Part shown: positions 37,346 through 50,681 of the stretch, in pieces
Layout of the letters: every line of letters starts with the position of its first letter
Numbering within the stretch: position 1 is the stretch's first letter
From: Octopus vulgaris
Taxonomy: Eukaryota
Assembly (NCBI GenBank): GCA_951406725.2
Contig: OX597819.1
Location: forward strand, 61,938,001-62,002,000
Direction of reading: 5' to 3'
DNA length: 64,000 bases
Translations under genes and position numbers: made by a program
The notes under the pieces: generated by a model
Seen by the model: the letters and a program-made list of their open reading frames with translations, nothing else
Database searches by the model: none
What the model was told of the DNA's origin: nothing

Positions 37346-38109
37346 CCAAGAGTTGCTTCCCTTGCAAAAATTATCACAAAATTATACGAGGGATTTTATT
37401 CCCATTACTCCGCCAAGGCCAACTTCAATACCTAAACATTCAATGTCACACGAGGAATCGAACTCTTCGAAGGAATTGTGTGGCTTTCATGTTGTCCTTT
37501 GGCTTGACGTCGAAAAAAATACGAAATAGGAGTATGAGAAATTTGACGTGCAATTATATTCTTTCTGTAATTTTGTGTATTTTTTATTGCTTCTATCAAT
37601 TTGAAAACACGTGCTCCCTTTAAGTTTTCCTTAGCATTTTGACAACGTTTACCTGCATAAGTTTTTTCTTTTATTTTTATTCCCACCTCTTCACTATTCA
37701 GTGCTGTTTGTATTTTCTGTTGAGATGTACGTTTTGCGGTTTTGATACATTCACACACATCGACAGCTAAGAACCCGCAAGAAAACCATTGCAAGGTCGC
37801 TCGACCTACGAACAATAACAACTAAATTTCCCTCAAACCACACTTAATAGGAAAAAGATACATTGGAGCTGGCTTTCGGAAATGCTGTCACGAATAAGAT
37901 AGCGGATTAACAGAATCTGTAAAGCATCGGTGAAACTTTAATTTATAATTAAAAAAATTGTTTACAAAACCATGATCTCCTCCGTTTAAAATATATAATT
38001 CAAACAGGTGTAGGCATAGTTGTATGATTGAGAAGCTTGCTTTCCAACCTTTTGGATTTGGGCTCAGTTCCAGTATATGGCACTTTAAGCAGAGTGGAAA
38101 GAAATGAAG

Positions 38110-38410
38110 CAAGCATGTTCCATTGAATGTGCAATGTGAGAGTGTGTGAAAGAATTAGTACAAAGGTGCTGATAAGAAAACTGAGTCTAAGAGGAATCAA
38201 ATGTGCACAAGAAGACTCCACTGGTATGGACACGGTGTGTATGGATGAGGACAGCTTTATAAAGACGTGTCATTCACTTAATGTGGCTGGAACCTGTGGG
38301 AAGAGAAGAGATGGATGAAGTGGTGAAGGGTAACCTCAGGACCCCAAACCTGACGTATGAGATGACAAAGGACCAGGATTTTTGACGATGTGAAGTTCTC
38401 AAAATGACTG
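38110..38410 (+). mobile_element. Decayed RTE LINE 3' fragment
   Basis: MDEDSFIKTCHSLNVAGTCGKRR resembles RTE C-terminus. Confidence 0.6.
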
Positions 38411-40040
38411 ACGCAAAACTGAGTTGTAGAAGTGTTATGTTTTGGGTTCCCCAGCCTCATACATTATCAGCCTCTTCCCTCTGCTCCCACCAGCTCCACA
38501 GAGTACTCATCATCGTCATCGTTTAACGCCCGTTTTCCGCGCTAGCACGGGTTGGACGGTTCGACCGGGGTCTGGGAAGCTAGGGGCTGCACCAGGCTCC
38601 AGTCTGATCTGGCAGAGTTTCTACAGCTGGATGCCCTTCCTAACGCCAACCACTGATCGGTTGGAGCTTTTAACGTGCCACCGGCACGGAAGCCAGCCAA
38701 GGCGGCGCTAGCAACGGCCACGCTCGGATGGTGCTTTTTATGTGCCACCGGCACAGAAGCCAGTCGGGCCGGCGCTTGTCCTTCCCCATCCCCTACGAAC
38801 TATATTTTCGTTACTACTCCTGCTGCTTACTGCCCCTATACTGCATCTCTCTATTTTCCCCTTCTCGTGGTTCTTGTTTCATCCACCATTCAACCTTATT
38901 CATTTTGGCAGTCTGCCTCCCACCCCTCATCTACCTTCCCATACAGTCTCCCCTTCAGTAGTTAGTGAACTGTATGGTGACCTCAATTAGGGAAGATGAC
39001 AAGAAATAAGGTACCCCATCCACACTGTAAAGTGGTTGGTGTTAGGAAGGGCATCCAGCTGCAAAATCTATGCCAAAGCTGACCTTAGAGCTCAATGCTC
39101 TTAGAAACATCGGATCTTGTCAAACTATCCATGTACAGACAATTACCACACGGCCCCAGGCTCAACATGTAGGCCTACATCAAGTGCCTGAAGGAGGTTG
39201 TGTTGCCCTGGATCAAGAGGGTGACTGCTGGAACAGCCTATGTCTGGCAACAGGACTTTGCACCACCACACAATTGTCCGTCTGCCATCCAACCCATGCC
39301 AGCATGGAACAAGGACGTTTAATGATGATACAATACTTCAACTTTTATCGAATTTCTTCATGCTTATACAAAATGAGGAAAGGAATACTAATTTTCAAAA
39401 GAAATATATTTATAATCTTAAGATTAAAAAAAAAAGCTAATTTTTTCATTAAACATGTTATTACTTTCCTAATTTTTATAAACATATTCACAATCTTTTC
39501 CATTGAAAACCTGTGCCTGCAAAATTTCATTTACAAACATGTATTTTCCAGAAAGTTATGACATTCATCCTGCATCTTTTTATGTTAATTTTCTCTCTGT
39601 CTTGTTTTTACTTTCTCTCCCCACTTCTCTCTGTATGTTGTAAAGCATGACTAGAGAAATCAACCAGCCACTATCAAACTGAGATTATGCAGTAGGAAGA
39701 ATGTTGTAGAATCTATAGAGGTGAGAGAAAGAGAGCATCAATTTGGTGGATTCTGTGAACCATAGAATGTAAAATAAAGGGAGGGAGAGTAGTTTATCTT
39801 TTATCTTTCTGAGCATCATCATCAATCACCTCTGTTCTCCATGCTGGTAATGAGGTTGATAAAATTAATGCTAATCAACTAGTCAAATATTGAAATTGAT
39901 TTAATCAATTATTTTTATCCTCCTAAGTTGTACCTATGTTTGAAATGAATTTTTTTATCATTTACACTTTGTCTCTTGTCAAATGCTTATTTTAATTTTT
40001 TCCATTTGCAGGAAAATAAGCTATAGAATTTCTCCTAAAT

Positions 40041-40240
40041 ATGTCCTACCAGTTACCGCTTCAATTTGTCCGTTGCAGTCGTCTTGTTGGAGAGAAAAAT
40101 ACTAATTTTTTCCATTTAAGGCAAACACAATTGCTGCTTACTAAAGTAAAGAATGTGATATTTTCCTCCAATTTCTCTAACAAGTCTTCATTACCAGATT
40201 ACAACTATAATCTTCCAGGAGAGGGAAAACGCAAGAGAAG
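40041..40240 (+). CDS. MRM1: MRM1 coding exon 1 (putative mitochondrial presequence; exon starts 40012, so an upstream 5'UTR exon is implied)
   Basis: ccatttgcag acceptor, ATG 40041, R/K/S/L-rich N-terminus, donor gtaatt at 40241, phase 2 matches next exon. Confidence 0.75.
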
Positions 40241-40913
40241 GTAATTTCTTTCCACTTTTTTATTTATATCATTTTACAGCTTTTTCTTTTCTACTTCTGG
40301 AATGTTATTCTGTTACACTCAAATCATATTTGTAGTTGTGAGTCCTGTGGATTGAGAGATATAATTCCCTTTGTAAGGTGAGATGTCATTACTTCTTCAC
40401 TCCACTTATTCTGCTCGTGTCCTTAATTTTTGATAGGAATTAACAACCATCTTTAACCCTTTCTCCAAAGTATTCAATGAGGATGTTTTTGGTTGATGGG
40501 GAAAAAAAAATCTATTTTTTAATGGGTTTTATTTAAAATTTTTTTCTTTTATCTTCAATTGGTTGACTATTCAATGTTTGAGATTGGTTGACTGTTACTA
40601 CTACTACTACTCCTAAAGCGGTGAGCTGGCAGAATCATTAGCAAACCAGGTGAAATGCTTAGTGGTATTTCATCCATCTTTATGTTCTGAGTTCAAAATC
40701 TGCTTGGGTCGACTTTGAATTTTATCCTTTCAGGGTCAATAAATTAAGTACCAGTGAAACACTGGACTTTATGTAATCGACTTAGCCCCTATCCTCAAAT
40801 TTAGTAGAAAGCTTTATTATTATTAAGGTGGCGAGCTGGCAGAATCGTTAGCAAACTGGGTGGAATGCTTAGCAACATTTTGCTCATCTTTACTTTCTGA
40901 GTTCAAATTATTA

Positions 40914-41276
40914 TTATTACCTCCGCCTTGGCGAAGGTATTGTTTTCAGTCGTGTTTGTTTGTTTATCCATGGACAAGATACCTCAAGAACTACTGGATG
41001 AATTCAGATGAAACTTTCAGGGATGTTTGGCCTTATGACTGGCATGAACTGATTAGATTTGGGGATTGATCCAGTACCGGACAAGGATTCTGGATTATTT
41101 TTCCTGCTTTTTTACTTAATTTTTGAGATCGGTTGGGTTCATTTTTAGTATGCTCGTTTGTGAGAGCAGTCGAGTTTATTTCAGATATTCTCATTTTAAA
41201 AATCATCTCTGGCTAATCATTGAGAGGACATTGGTGTTGCTTCAGCAGAGGTTTGCACTCTCTGAGTGTTCTTAGT
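40914..41276 (+). mobile_element. Helentron/DINE-like non-autonomous element (HINE) truncating a SINE
   Basis: TTATTACCTCCGCC start, GTTT microsatellite, degenerate 3' subterminal IR GCAGAGGT followed by GCACTC-TCT-GAGTGT hairpin and TAGT. Confidence 0.7.
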
Positions 41277-41913
41277 ATTATTATTATGGCAGTGAGCTGT
41301 AGAATTGGTAAAGTGCTGAACAAATTACTTAGTGGTATTTCTTCTGGCTTTATGTTGTGTCCTGAGTTCAAATTCTACCTAGGTTAGCTTTGTCTTTCAA
41401 CCTATGAGGTTTTATATATGTCCCAGTTAATCACTAGGATCAATGCACCAAAATTTGAAACTATAACTATTGTTGTAATTATTGTTAAAACTTTACATAC
41501 ATATTTGTTTAGCAGAGTGCCATTTAGCTTCTTTCTTAACCTTTAGCACACTGCATTTTCTCTAGAGTTGTTTCCCTGGCACTGCCCTGTTGCTACAGGG
41601 GATAGATAACTTGTACAGTGACATGATGCGCCTACTGTGTGTTAAAGGTTAAACGCAGTCGTGACAGGTACTGGTATCATGCAGATGGCACCTGTGCCAG
41701 TGGCATTTAAAAGTACTTGTTACACTCTTGGAGTGGTTGATATTTGGAAGGGCGTTCAACTGTAGAAACCTTGCTGAATCAGAATGGAATCTGGTGCAGC
41801 CTCCCAGCTTGCCAGCCCTGGTCAAACTGTTTGACCCATGCGAGTATGGATGATTGTTAAATGATGATGATGATAATGATTATGGAAAAAATTATATCTA
41901 TTTTGTTTTACAG

Positions 41914-42151
41914 AAAAAACTTTAGCTCCAATGTAAAACTTATTGGTGAGATCTTGTATGGAATTCATCCTGTCCTGCTTGCACTGAAGAAAAACAGTCG
42001 TGCCTGTCACAAACTCTATATACAAAAATCTTCAGGACAACGGTCTGAACTGCTGCAGCAGATTATCTCCCTTGGTATTGAACGCAATATCACAGTGACT
42101 GCATTTCATAAAGAAGAATTGGATAAATTGTCTGGTTCACGGCCTCACCAG
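41914..42151 (+). CDS. MRM1: MRM1 exon 2 (substrate-binding domain: EILYGIHPVLLAL...LDKLSGSRPHQ)
   Basis: ttttacag acceptor, gtaagc donor; motifs typical of RlmB/MRM1 N-domain. Confidence 0.93.
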
Positions 42152-44757
42152 GTAAGCTTCATCAACTTTTGATTTTTGTACCCCCAGTTATCATCTTTGT
42201 TATTATTATTATCATCTAGGCTGCAAGCTGGCAGAATCATTAGCATGTAAAACAAAATGCTTAGCAACATTGCTTGTCTTTACATTCTGAGTTCAAATTC
42301 CACTGAAGTCAACTTTGCCTTTTTGTCCTTTTGGGGTCGATAAGGTATAATACCAGTCAAGTAATGGGGTGAATGAAATTGACTTGCCTCTTACTCTCAA
42401 AATTGGTGACCTTCTTCCAAAATTAGACTGAATTGTTATTATAAAATGGTGAGCTGGCAAGATCATTAGCATCTCAGACAATTTGCTTAGTTGCACTTCT
42501 TCTGGCTTTTTCCATTCTGAATTCAAATACTGCCAAGATCAACTTTGCTTTCCATTCTTTTGGGGTTGATAAAATAGAGTACCGGTCATGTAGAGGTTAG
42601 TATATTTGACTAACTTCCATCCACTAAAATTGTTGGCCTTTTGCCAAAATTTTAAACAATTATTATTATTATCATTAATGAAATAATGAACCTTGGAACT
42701 ACAGAAAATTAATTTCAGTTTGCAAGTTGCAACCATTTCACTAAATATCCCTAAAACTTTTGGCAAAAATAAAAATGTCAACTTCAGTTTTGGATTTGGT
42801 TTGCTAGATTCTATATGTGAGTTTGTGTGTTGAAGCATATTTTGTTGAATCTGGGGAGAGTCATTCACTTTTAGTGCCTTATTATTTAACACACTCACCG
42901 GTAAAGTTTCCACTCATATACTTATTTATTTTTCCTAAAATCTTCGTTGTGTCTTGCAACTTTAACCTTCAACATATCCACATGGTAGATTAACAGAAAT
43001 GGTAAAGCGCAGGGATTAGTGCCTTCTTCTGACTTTCAGCATGGAAAATGGACGTTAGATAATGATGATGGTAGAGTGCTGGACAAAGTACCTTGTTCTG
43101 TTTAGTTTTACATTTTGAATTGAAAACCCTAATGGAGTTAATTTTTGCCTTTCTTCCTTCCAACCATGTTTAACATGTTCATGTACACTTGAATGAAGGA
43201 AGGCCTTTCACTAAGGAAATAGTCTCAGGAGACAATTCTTCTTATAGACAATATGTGGAAGCACATTGGTGCTATGAATGATATCAAATCATAGACTAAA
43301 GACTAATTTGGTATTCATAGTTGATGAGGCAGAACAACACAGAAACATGTGTCTTTCATAGCCTAGTATTTTTCACACATATTGTCTATGAGGAGAATTT
43401 TTGGTGCTACTTTAAGCATGCGGTCTACCACAGTATCCTACTTTTGCATGCAGTATCTTGTCTATGCTGTGAAATTACTTTTAGCATGCAGTCTACTTTT
43501 TCTTACCCTTTTACACTTTAGCGTGCGATCTACCTCCTCTATAAGGATGATAGAAACAAATTGAATAATGATTTATTAATAACTTGTTGTCGATGTCCGT
43601 ATAATGAAAAAAAAGGGTTACTTTCCAAATAGAATGTGAAATTTGACATCCTTTGTGAGGACTGGAATATAGGCTGGTATTCTCCACTTCTCCCCTAACA
43701 GCATTGTAATGGTTAAAATTAACTGAGGTTAAGAGGATAGGAAAAGGTAGACCTCACGCTGAAGGTTATTTCACAGCATAGACAGGATATTGCAGTAGAC
43801 CGCACACTAAAGTAGCACCGAATTTTCTTCAGAAATGGCACTGAAAGGTCTTTCCACATTTGAATGTATACATACATATTGGTTTCAAATTTCGACACAA
43901 GGCCGGCAATTTTGTGGGCAGGAGTAAGTCGATTGCATGCTCAGCTTGTACTTATTTTATCAACCCTGAAAAGATGCAAGGCAAAGTCAAACCACAGGGC
44001 AATTTGAATTCAGAACATAAAGATGGATAAAATGCCACAAAGCATTTTCCCCAGCATGCTAAAGATTCTGCCAGCTTGCTGCTTCAGTGTCATCGGCGGC
44101 GGCGGCATCATCATCATTGTTTAACGTCCGTTTTCCATGCTAACATGGGTTGTATGGTTTGACTGGGGTCGGGGAAGCCAGGAGGCTGCACCAGGCTCCA
44201 ATCTGATCAGGGAGTGTTTCTACAGCTGGATACCCTTCCTAAAGTCAACCACTCCGAGAGTGTAGTGGGTGCTTTTTATGTGCCACCGGCACAGCAGCCA
44301 GAGGGGGCTGGCATCAACCATGTTTGGATGGTGCTTTTACATGTTACCAGCACGGGAGCGAGTCAAGGTGGCGCTTGCATCGGCCATGTTCGGATGGTGC
44401 TTTTTACATTCCACTGGCACGAGGAGCCAACCCTTTCATTACTCTATTTATTTTGAGATGTTCTGTATTTCTCTCAATTATTTTAGATATAACAGAATTT
44501 TGTAAAATAACTTAGTTATCATTAAGCTGGTATTAGGAACATTAATTGCAATTAAGGTGGAAGATTTTAATTCAAAACTTATGGAAACAAGACATTTGTA
44601 CTACAGGGCCAGAGCCAGTTTCAGCTGTGTTGGTAACGAAAGGGTTAAATATGATTGTACGTGTATATGTTTTGTTCAACACTGCTTCATACACCTTAAG
44701 TTATTCTTTTTATATTTTTCTTAACATTTTATTCCTATTTTTTTTATTTCCCCCTAG

Positions 44758-44816
44758 GGTGTATGTATGGATGTGTCTTATCTTAAGATGGAGGAACTGA
44801 AGCCAGAAACATTCAG
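44758..44816 (+). CDS. MRM1: MRM1 exon 3 (GVCMDVSYLKMEELKPETF)
   Basis: cccctag acceptor, gtaatt donor; completes HQGVCMDV motif. Confidence 0.92.
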
Positions 44817-44974
44817 GTAATTTAATTCGATCAATACACCTTTTTATTGATTTATTTGTAGACATTTGTCATTTGCCTGTTTTCCTGTGTCACATCTCAC
44901 CCACCTGTAAGGCAACCTCTTCATTGCCATACAGAACCATTTTACCATCAGGAGCTTATTTCTACCTATCAAGG

Positions 44975-45460
44975 ATGGGTAAAATTCCTGAGGTCCATGG
45001 ACGAGTTCTCTCCACCAGTCCTTGTCCCTCATCATTGCTGTCGTGATCTGCGTCTCCCAGAGACCAGTGTCTGTCCTTAGGGCATCAACATATGTCATCC
45101 TCGGTCTCCCTCTTCTAGTGTGTCCATGTAGGGGCTCCCACAAGAGCACTGAGTGCCGTATCAACTCTGAATTATGGTGACCATGTCCAGCTAACCCCAG
45201 TCTTCTCTGTGTTATTTTCAAGCTAACTTTTGGGAGGCTCTCGTACAGCTCTGAGTTCATCATCCTCAATGTACACTGATTAATGTTCAGAGCCATCCTC
45301 GGCATTCTTGTGTAGCACCCATCCATCATCTGAGTGAGTTTCTTGGTTAGCATCCAAGCCTCAGACCTGTACAACAGCACAGACTCCACTTCAGCAATGA
45401 AGAGACAGATCTTCAGATCTTTATGAAGGTCCGACTTCCATACAGATTTCAAACTCGAGC
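44975..45460 (-). mobile_element. RTE-clade LINE ORF2 3' fragment in MRM1 intron 3
   Basis: VESVLLYRSEAW...DGCYTRM...RRLGLAGH...LWEP...RRGRPRMTYVD, typical post-RT region. Confidence 0.88.
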
Positions 45461-46311
45461 GTTTTTTGACACACATGTATTTACAAAAGACTCACATTTA
45501 CTTGGTGTAATACAAGTGCAATGCCTCAGAGTAGAAACTGAAAGTTTGGAGCTTTCCCATAATCAGAGGCTGTTTTAAGGAAACAATAGATTGCTCACAC
45601 CTGCACACACACATCCTTTCTCTCTTTCTCTCTCTCTCTCTGTTGATGTATATGTTAGGTAATGAAGAATTGGGAGAACCTGTCCAATCTATGCCAAGAT
45701 GATAATGACAGTTGCATATGTAAAAGTCCCCCTAAAAGTCACAAATGACCATGGGATTGCACCTAGAAAATTCCCCTTCTAGGCTCTGCAAGTCCAGGCA
45801 AGGTTGTTTGTAAAAGACCAACAGTCTCACCAACCCACACCACCAATGTTGTCCAAGAGAAAGGCAAAGGCCAATACAGCTTAGCAGCAGTGGACATCAC
45901 AACTCATGTCTACAACTGAGTGAACTGGAGCAACTTGAAATAAAGTGTCTTGCTCAAGTACACAACATCCACTGAGCCATGCTCATATTACATATATTTT
46001 TACTTTATCCTTTGTATGACTTTTGTAATAGGATTGTTGTTCTTTCTTAATGCCAGATTTATTTTTGGTCACAGCTTCAAATGTTCATGATGGATAAAAA
46101 ATTAAGCTAACTGTTACCAGAATCCAAACTCTATTTAGACTGAGTAAATCTGAAAAGTGTATGGCATTTTATCTGGTATCTTGACTGTCTTAGGTGAAAT
46201 TGATTGTGCAGTGCATGGAGGCCCTGTTTCTGTTCATTTAACAAAAATATTTTTAGGAGTGGTTGTCTATTTCCTATATTTAATTATTTAATTTATTTCT
46301 TTATTGAACAG

Positions 46312-46384
46312 TCAATTATGTTTACAAGAAACTGAAAAGAAATCATCTGAGCAGCAGTTATTCTTGGTTCTTTATCAAGTTCAG
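46312..46384 (+). CDS. MRM1: MRM1 exon 4 (SQLCLQETEKKSSEQQLFLVLYQVQ)
   Basis: aacag acceptor, gtttgt donor; phase 2 in, 0 out; leads into SpoU motif 1. Confidence 0.88.
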
Positions 46385-47941
46385 GTTTGTTAAGTACTTT
46401 CGCTTTCTTTCCAATATCCTTATTGTCAATATTTATATTACCCACCAAGGCAGCAGTGGGCTGGCAGAATTATTAACATGCATTGGCAAAACATTTAGCA
46501 GCATTTTGTTTGTCTTCATGTTTTGTGTTCTAATTTCACTAGGGTTGACTTTGCCTCTCATCCTTTCAGAGTCAATAAAATATGTACTATTTGAGCACTG
46601 GGGTCAATTTAATCAATTTAACCCCTCCCAAAAACTGCTGGCCTTGTGCCAGAATTTGAAACCAATATTTATATCATCCACCACCAATGTTCCGTGATAT
46701 TTTTTTCTGTTGGTACAAAGTATATGTTCACATCCATCATCATCGTTTAACGTCTGCTTTCCATGCTGGCATGGGATGGACGGTTTGACTGAGGACTGAT
46801 GAGCCAGAGGCTGCACCAGGCTCAATCTGATCTAGCAAAGTTGCTACAGCTGGATGCCCTTCCTAACGCCAACCGCACCAAGAGTGTAGTGGGTGCTTTT
46901 ACGTGCCACCGGCATGGGCGCTGGTCTGGCAGTTCTCATGCTCAAAAGGTGTTTTTTATGTGCTACCTGCACAGGAGCCAGTCCAGTGGCACTGGCAATG
47001 ATCATGCTCGACTGTTATAAAAAAGTAAAGTACTCTCTCATGTCCCAGGACTCATAGGGTTAGTTACCCATTTCCTTGGCATATAAGTGACCAAGATCAT
47101 AACATTCCCCTTGAACGAGACACCAGTCCATTGTAGGGTCACTTATTTACAGCTAAGTAGAGTGGAGCAACGTGAAGTGGAGTGTTTTGCTTAAGAACAC
47201 AATGTACTGTCTAGTCCAGAAATTAAAACTTTGATCTTGTAACACCCTCACTAATAGGTTACAAATTTTAAAAATTCAATTTCATCTTTCCTTTGTGCAC
47301 TTGTTATAAAATGTGTGCACATGCAGAGTTTGCAGGAAACATCAGCCAGCCACTCCTCTGTAATTCCACATTGAGCCAGTGTGCATCAGTTGTTCCCATT
47401 CACCTTACAAACTCTCACAACTCTCCACTTCATCATCATTACCATCATTTAACATCCATCTTCCATGCTGCCAAGGTGTTGGATGGTTTGACTGGAGCTA
47501 GTCAGCCGGAGAGCTGCCTGGGCTCTGCTTGTCTGTTTTAGCATGGTTTCTACAGCTGCATGCCTTTCCTAATGACAACCACTTTACAGAGTGTATTTTT
47601 TTCTGTCACACCAGCACAGGTGCTATTTATGTGGCACCAGCATGCAATTACTCTTTATATGGCACTAGCATGGATGTTTTTACATGTTAACTGTATATTT
47701 CTTTATTGCCCACAAGGGGCTAAACATAGAGGGGACAAACAAGGACAGACAAAGGGATTAAGTTGATTAGATCGATCCCAGTGTGTAACTAGTACTTGAT
47801 TTATCGACCCCCAAAAGGATGAAAGGCAAAGTCGACTTCGGCAGAATTTGAACTCAGAATGTAACGGCAGACGAAATACCACTAAGTATTTCACCCGGCG
47901 TGTTAACGTTTCTGCCAACTCGCCACCTTACAATCATAAGG

Positions 47942-47972
<31 letters not shown>

Positions 47973-48773
47973 TAAAATGTGTGTGTATATGTTTGTGTGT
48001 CTGTGTTTGTCCCCACATCACTTGACAACTGATGTTGGTGAGTTTACATCCCCATGATTTAGCAGTTTGGCAAAAGAGACCGAATAAGTACTAGGCTTAC
48101 AAAGAATAAGTCCTGGGGTTGATTTGTTTGACTAAAAGGCAGTGCTCCAGCATGGCCACAGTCAAATGACTAAAACAAGTAAAAGAATAAAAGAAATGTG
48201 ATCAGTATTTGAATATATACTGAACCACTAAATTTTGATTAAAGAACGAGGTTTTATGATTACAGGGTAGGGTGGAGAAATGATCTACATCAATGTTTTC
48301 CAAAGATTTTTTTGCCATGATCCATTTTATTTATCTCGCTACCCACTGAATAATTAACGATTCAAGTCAAGTGAGTATGTGTGTGTTTGTCGATTGCCTG
48401 AGTTGTTGATGACAACTAGTTATTAAAATAGCTTGCTTACCTGCCACATTATTCCAGGTTCAGTCCCACTGCATGGCACCTTGGGAAAGTGTCTTCTACT
48501 ATAACCTTGGGCCAACCAAAGCCTTGTGAGTGGATTTGGTAGACAGAAACTGAAAGAAGCCTGTCATATATATGTATATATATATATATATATGTCTACC
48601 AAATCCACTCACAAGGCTTTGGCTGGCCCGAGGTTATAGTAGAAGACACTTGCCCAAGGTGTCACGCAGTGGGACTGAACTCGGAACAGCCACTCCTATG
48701 CTTATTATAAAAATATGCTTGTATAAAAAAATATTTTTCTTTGTTTTCTAATCCAGTCTTCCTTTACTTTCAG

Positions 48774-48853
48774 GATCCCATGAACTTTGGTGCTATTTTA
48801 CGCAGTGCATATTACTTTGGTGCAAACAAAGTCATTTTCTCAAAAGAAAACAG
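48774..48853 (+). CDS. MRM1: MRM1 exon 5 (DPMNFGAILRSAYYFG, SpoU motif 1)
   Basis: tactttcag acceptor, gtgact donor; canonical DPxNxGAIxRSAxxFG. Confidence 0.96.
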
Positions 48854-50578
48854 GTGACTTATTTTAATTTGCCTTTTTGTCACTAAATTTGTCTTGAAGC
48901 GAATTTTCCATTTTGCTGGTGCCCATATAAGAAAAAACCAAGTACATTCTGTACAGTGGTGGGCACTAGGAAGGGCATCCAGCCATAGAAACCATACCAA
49001 AACAGACAAGTGGAGCCTGGTACAGCCCTCTGCCTTGCTAGTTCCTGTCAAACCATCTGGTCCATGCCAGCATGGAAAATAGATGTTGTTGGTAGTGTTT
49101 TGGTGGTATGATTCAGTCATCACTGTAAATATAGCACTCAGTGCTTACTTAGAAGAACGAGAGTCGCAATAGCTGTAGCTTGAAACCTCAGTTTTAGATA
49201 AATAAATACACCTGTGTGTGTGTGAGTACATTAGTTTAATGTGTACTTGTTAGTTGAAGGTGAGATGGCATAATACACAAACACATCTGTGGCTGTAATT
49301 AAAGAATGAATATTATATGCACATTAGGCGTAGGAGTGGCTGTGTGGTAAGTAGCTTGCTCACCCACCACATGGTTGCGGGTTCAGTCCCACTGCGTGGC
49401 ACCTTGGGCAGGTGTCTTCTACTATAGCCTCGGGCTGACCAAAGCCTTGTGAGTGGAATTGGTAGACGGAAACTGAAAGAAGCCTGTCGTATATATATAT
49501 ATATATATATATGTGTATGTGTCTGTGTTTGTCCCCCCAACATCGCTTGACAACCAATGCTGGTGTGTTTACGTCCCCGTAACCTAGCAGTTTGGCAAAA
49601 GAGACTGATAGAATAAGTACTAGGTTTACAAAAAATAAGTCCTGGGGTTGATTTGCTCGACTAAAGGCAAAGCTCCAGTATGGCCACAGTCACATGACTA
49701 AAAGAGTAAAGTTTGTATAAAAACTACATTATTTTTATTATTTCTTCTGAGTAGATTGCAGTGGGTGGTGAAGGCACACATTCTGTTTAGTTCCCCTTGG
49801 ACCAAATATTTTCAGCTAATCATCTACACCTGCTACATATGGCTATAGGAATGTAAACACACCAACACCAGTTGTCCAGTGATGGTGGAGGACAAACACA
49901 GATACACACATATAGATATATATACATACAACAGGCAAGTTTCTTTCAGATTTCATCATCATCATTTAACATCTGCTTTTCATGCTGGCATGGGTTGGAC
50001 GGTTTGACTGAGGGCTGGCAAGCCAGAAGGCTGCACTAGGCTCCAATCTGATCTGGTAAAGTTTCTACAGCTGGATGCCCTTCCTAATGCCAACCACTCC
50101 GAGAATGTAGTTGATGCTTTTTATGTGCTGCTTGCACGAGGGCCAGTCAGGCGGTACTGGCATCATCAATCAAATCCACTCACAAAGGTTGACCTGGGAC
50201 TATTGTAGAAGACACAGTGGGACTGAACCTGGAACCATGTGGTTGAGAAGCAAATTTCTTACCTCATAGCCATGCCTGCACAAAAGTATAAAGGAAACTT
50301 AACAGTGTGTTGTAGCACTTTTAGCCCCTTGTTCATTATACTGGGGATTGAGAAAGGTTGAAAATCCCCATTTTAGACTGAGGGGACAAAGATTGCTGGG
50401 TGGGAGGGATTACTTGGATTTCGTGTGGTAAATGTTCAACCTGATCTGCTGTTGTCTAAGAGTTGAGGTGGGAAATATGGCCAAGGATGCCAGTGCCACA
50501 GGAATGCAGTTCTTGGGGAAGCAAGATTGAGCAGATTACTTAACTCTATTTTCTTACTGTCTTGAATTTTGGTTTCAG

Positions 50579-50681
50579 TTCCATAATAAACCCTGTGGTG
50601 AGCAAAAGCAGTGCTGGGGCCTTAGAGTTGCTTCCAATGGCATTTACCAACACAGAACAAACTCTGATGTCTCTCTTAAGG
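50579..50681 (+). CDS. MRM1: MRM1 exon 6 (SSIINPVVSKSSAGALELLPM...)
   Basis: ggtttcag acceptor, gtaact donor; conserved PVVSKSSAGA. Confidence 0.95.

Larger units (their letters stand above)
35580..38000. promoter_or_regulatory. CpG-retaining region, probable MRM1 promoter and non-coding first exon
   Basis: visibly more CG dinucleotides than flanks (by eye, not counted); TGACGT at 37505 and 37544, CACGTG at 37608; lies 2-4 kb upstream of an exon that begins with an acceptor. Confidence 0.45.

Noticed and set aside
37171-37821. 150-aa and 129-aa ORFs
   Set aside because: Overlap a dispersed repeat and the probable promoter; no protein motif recognised.
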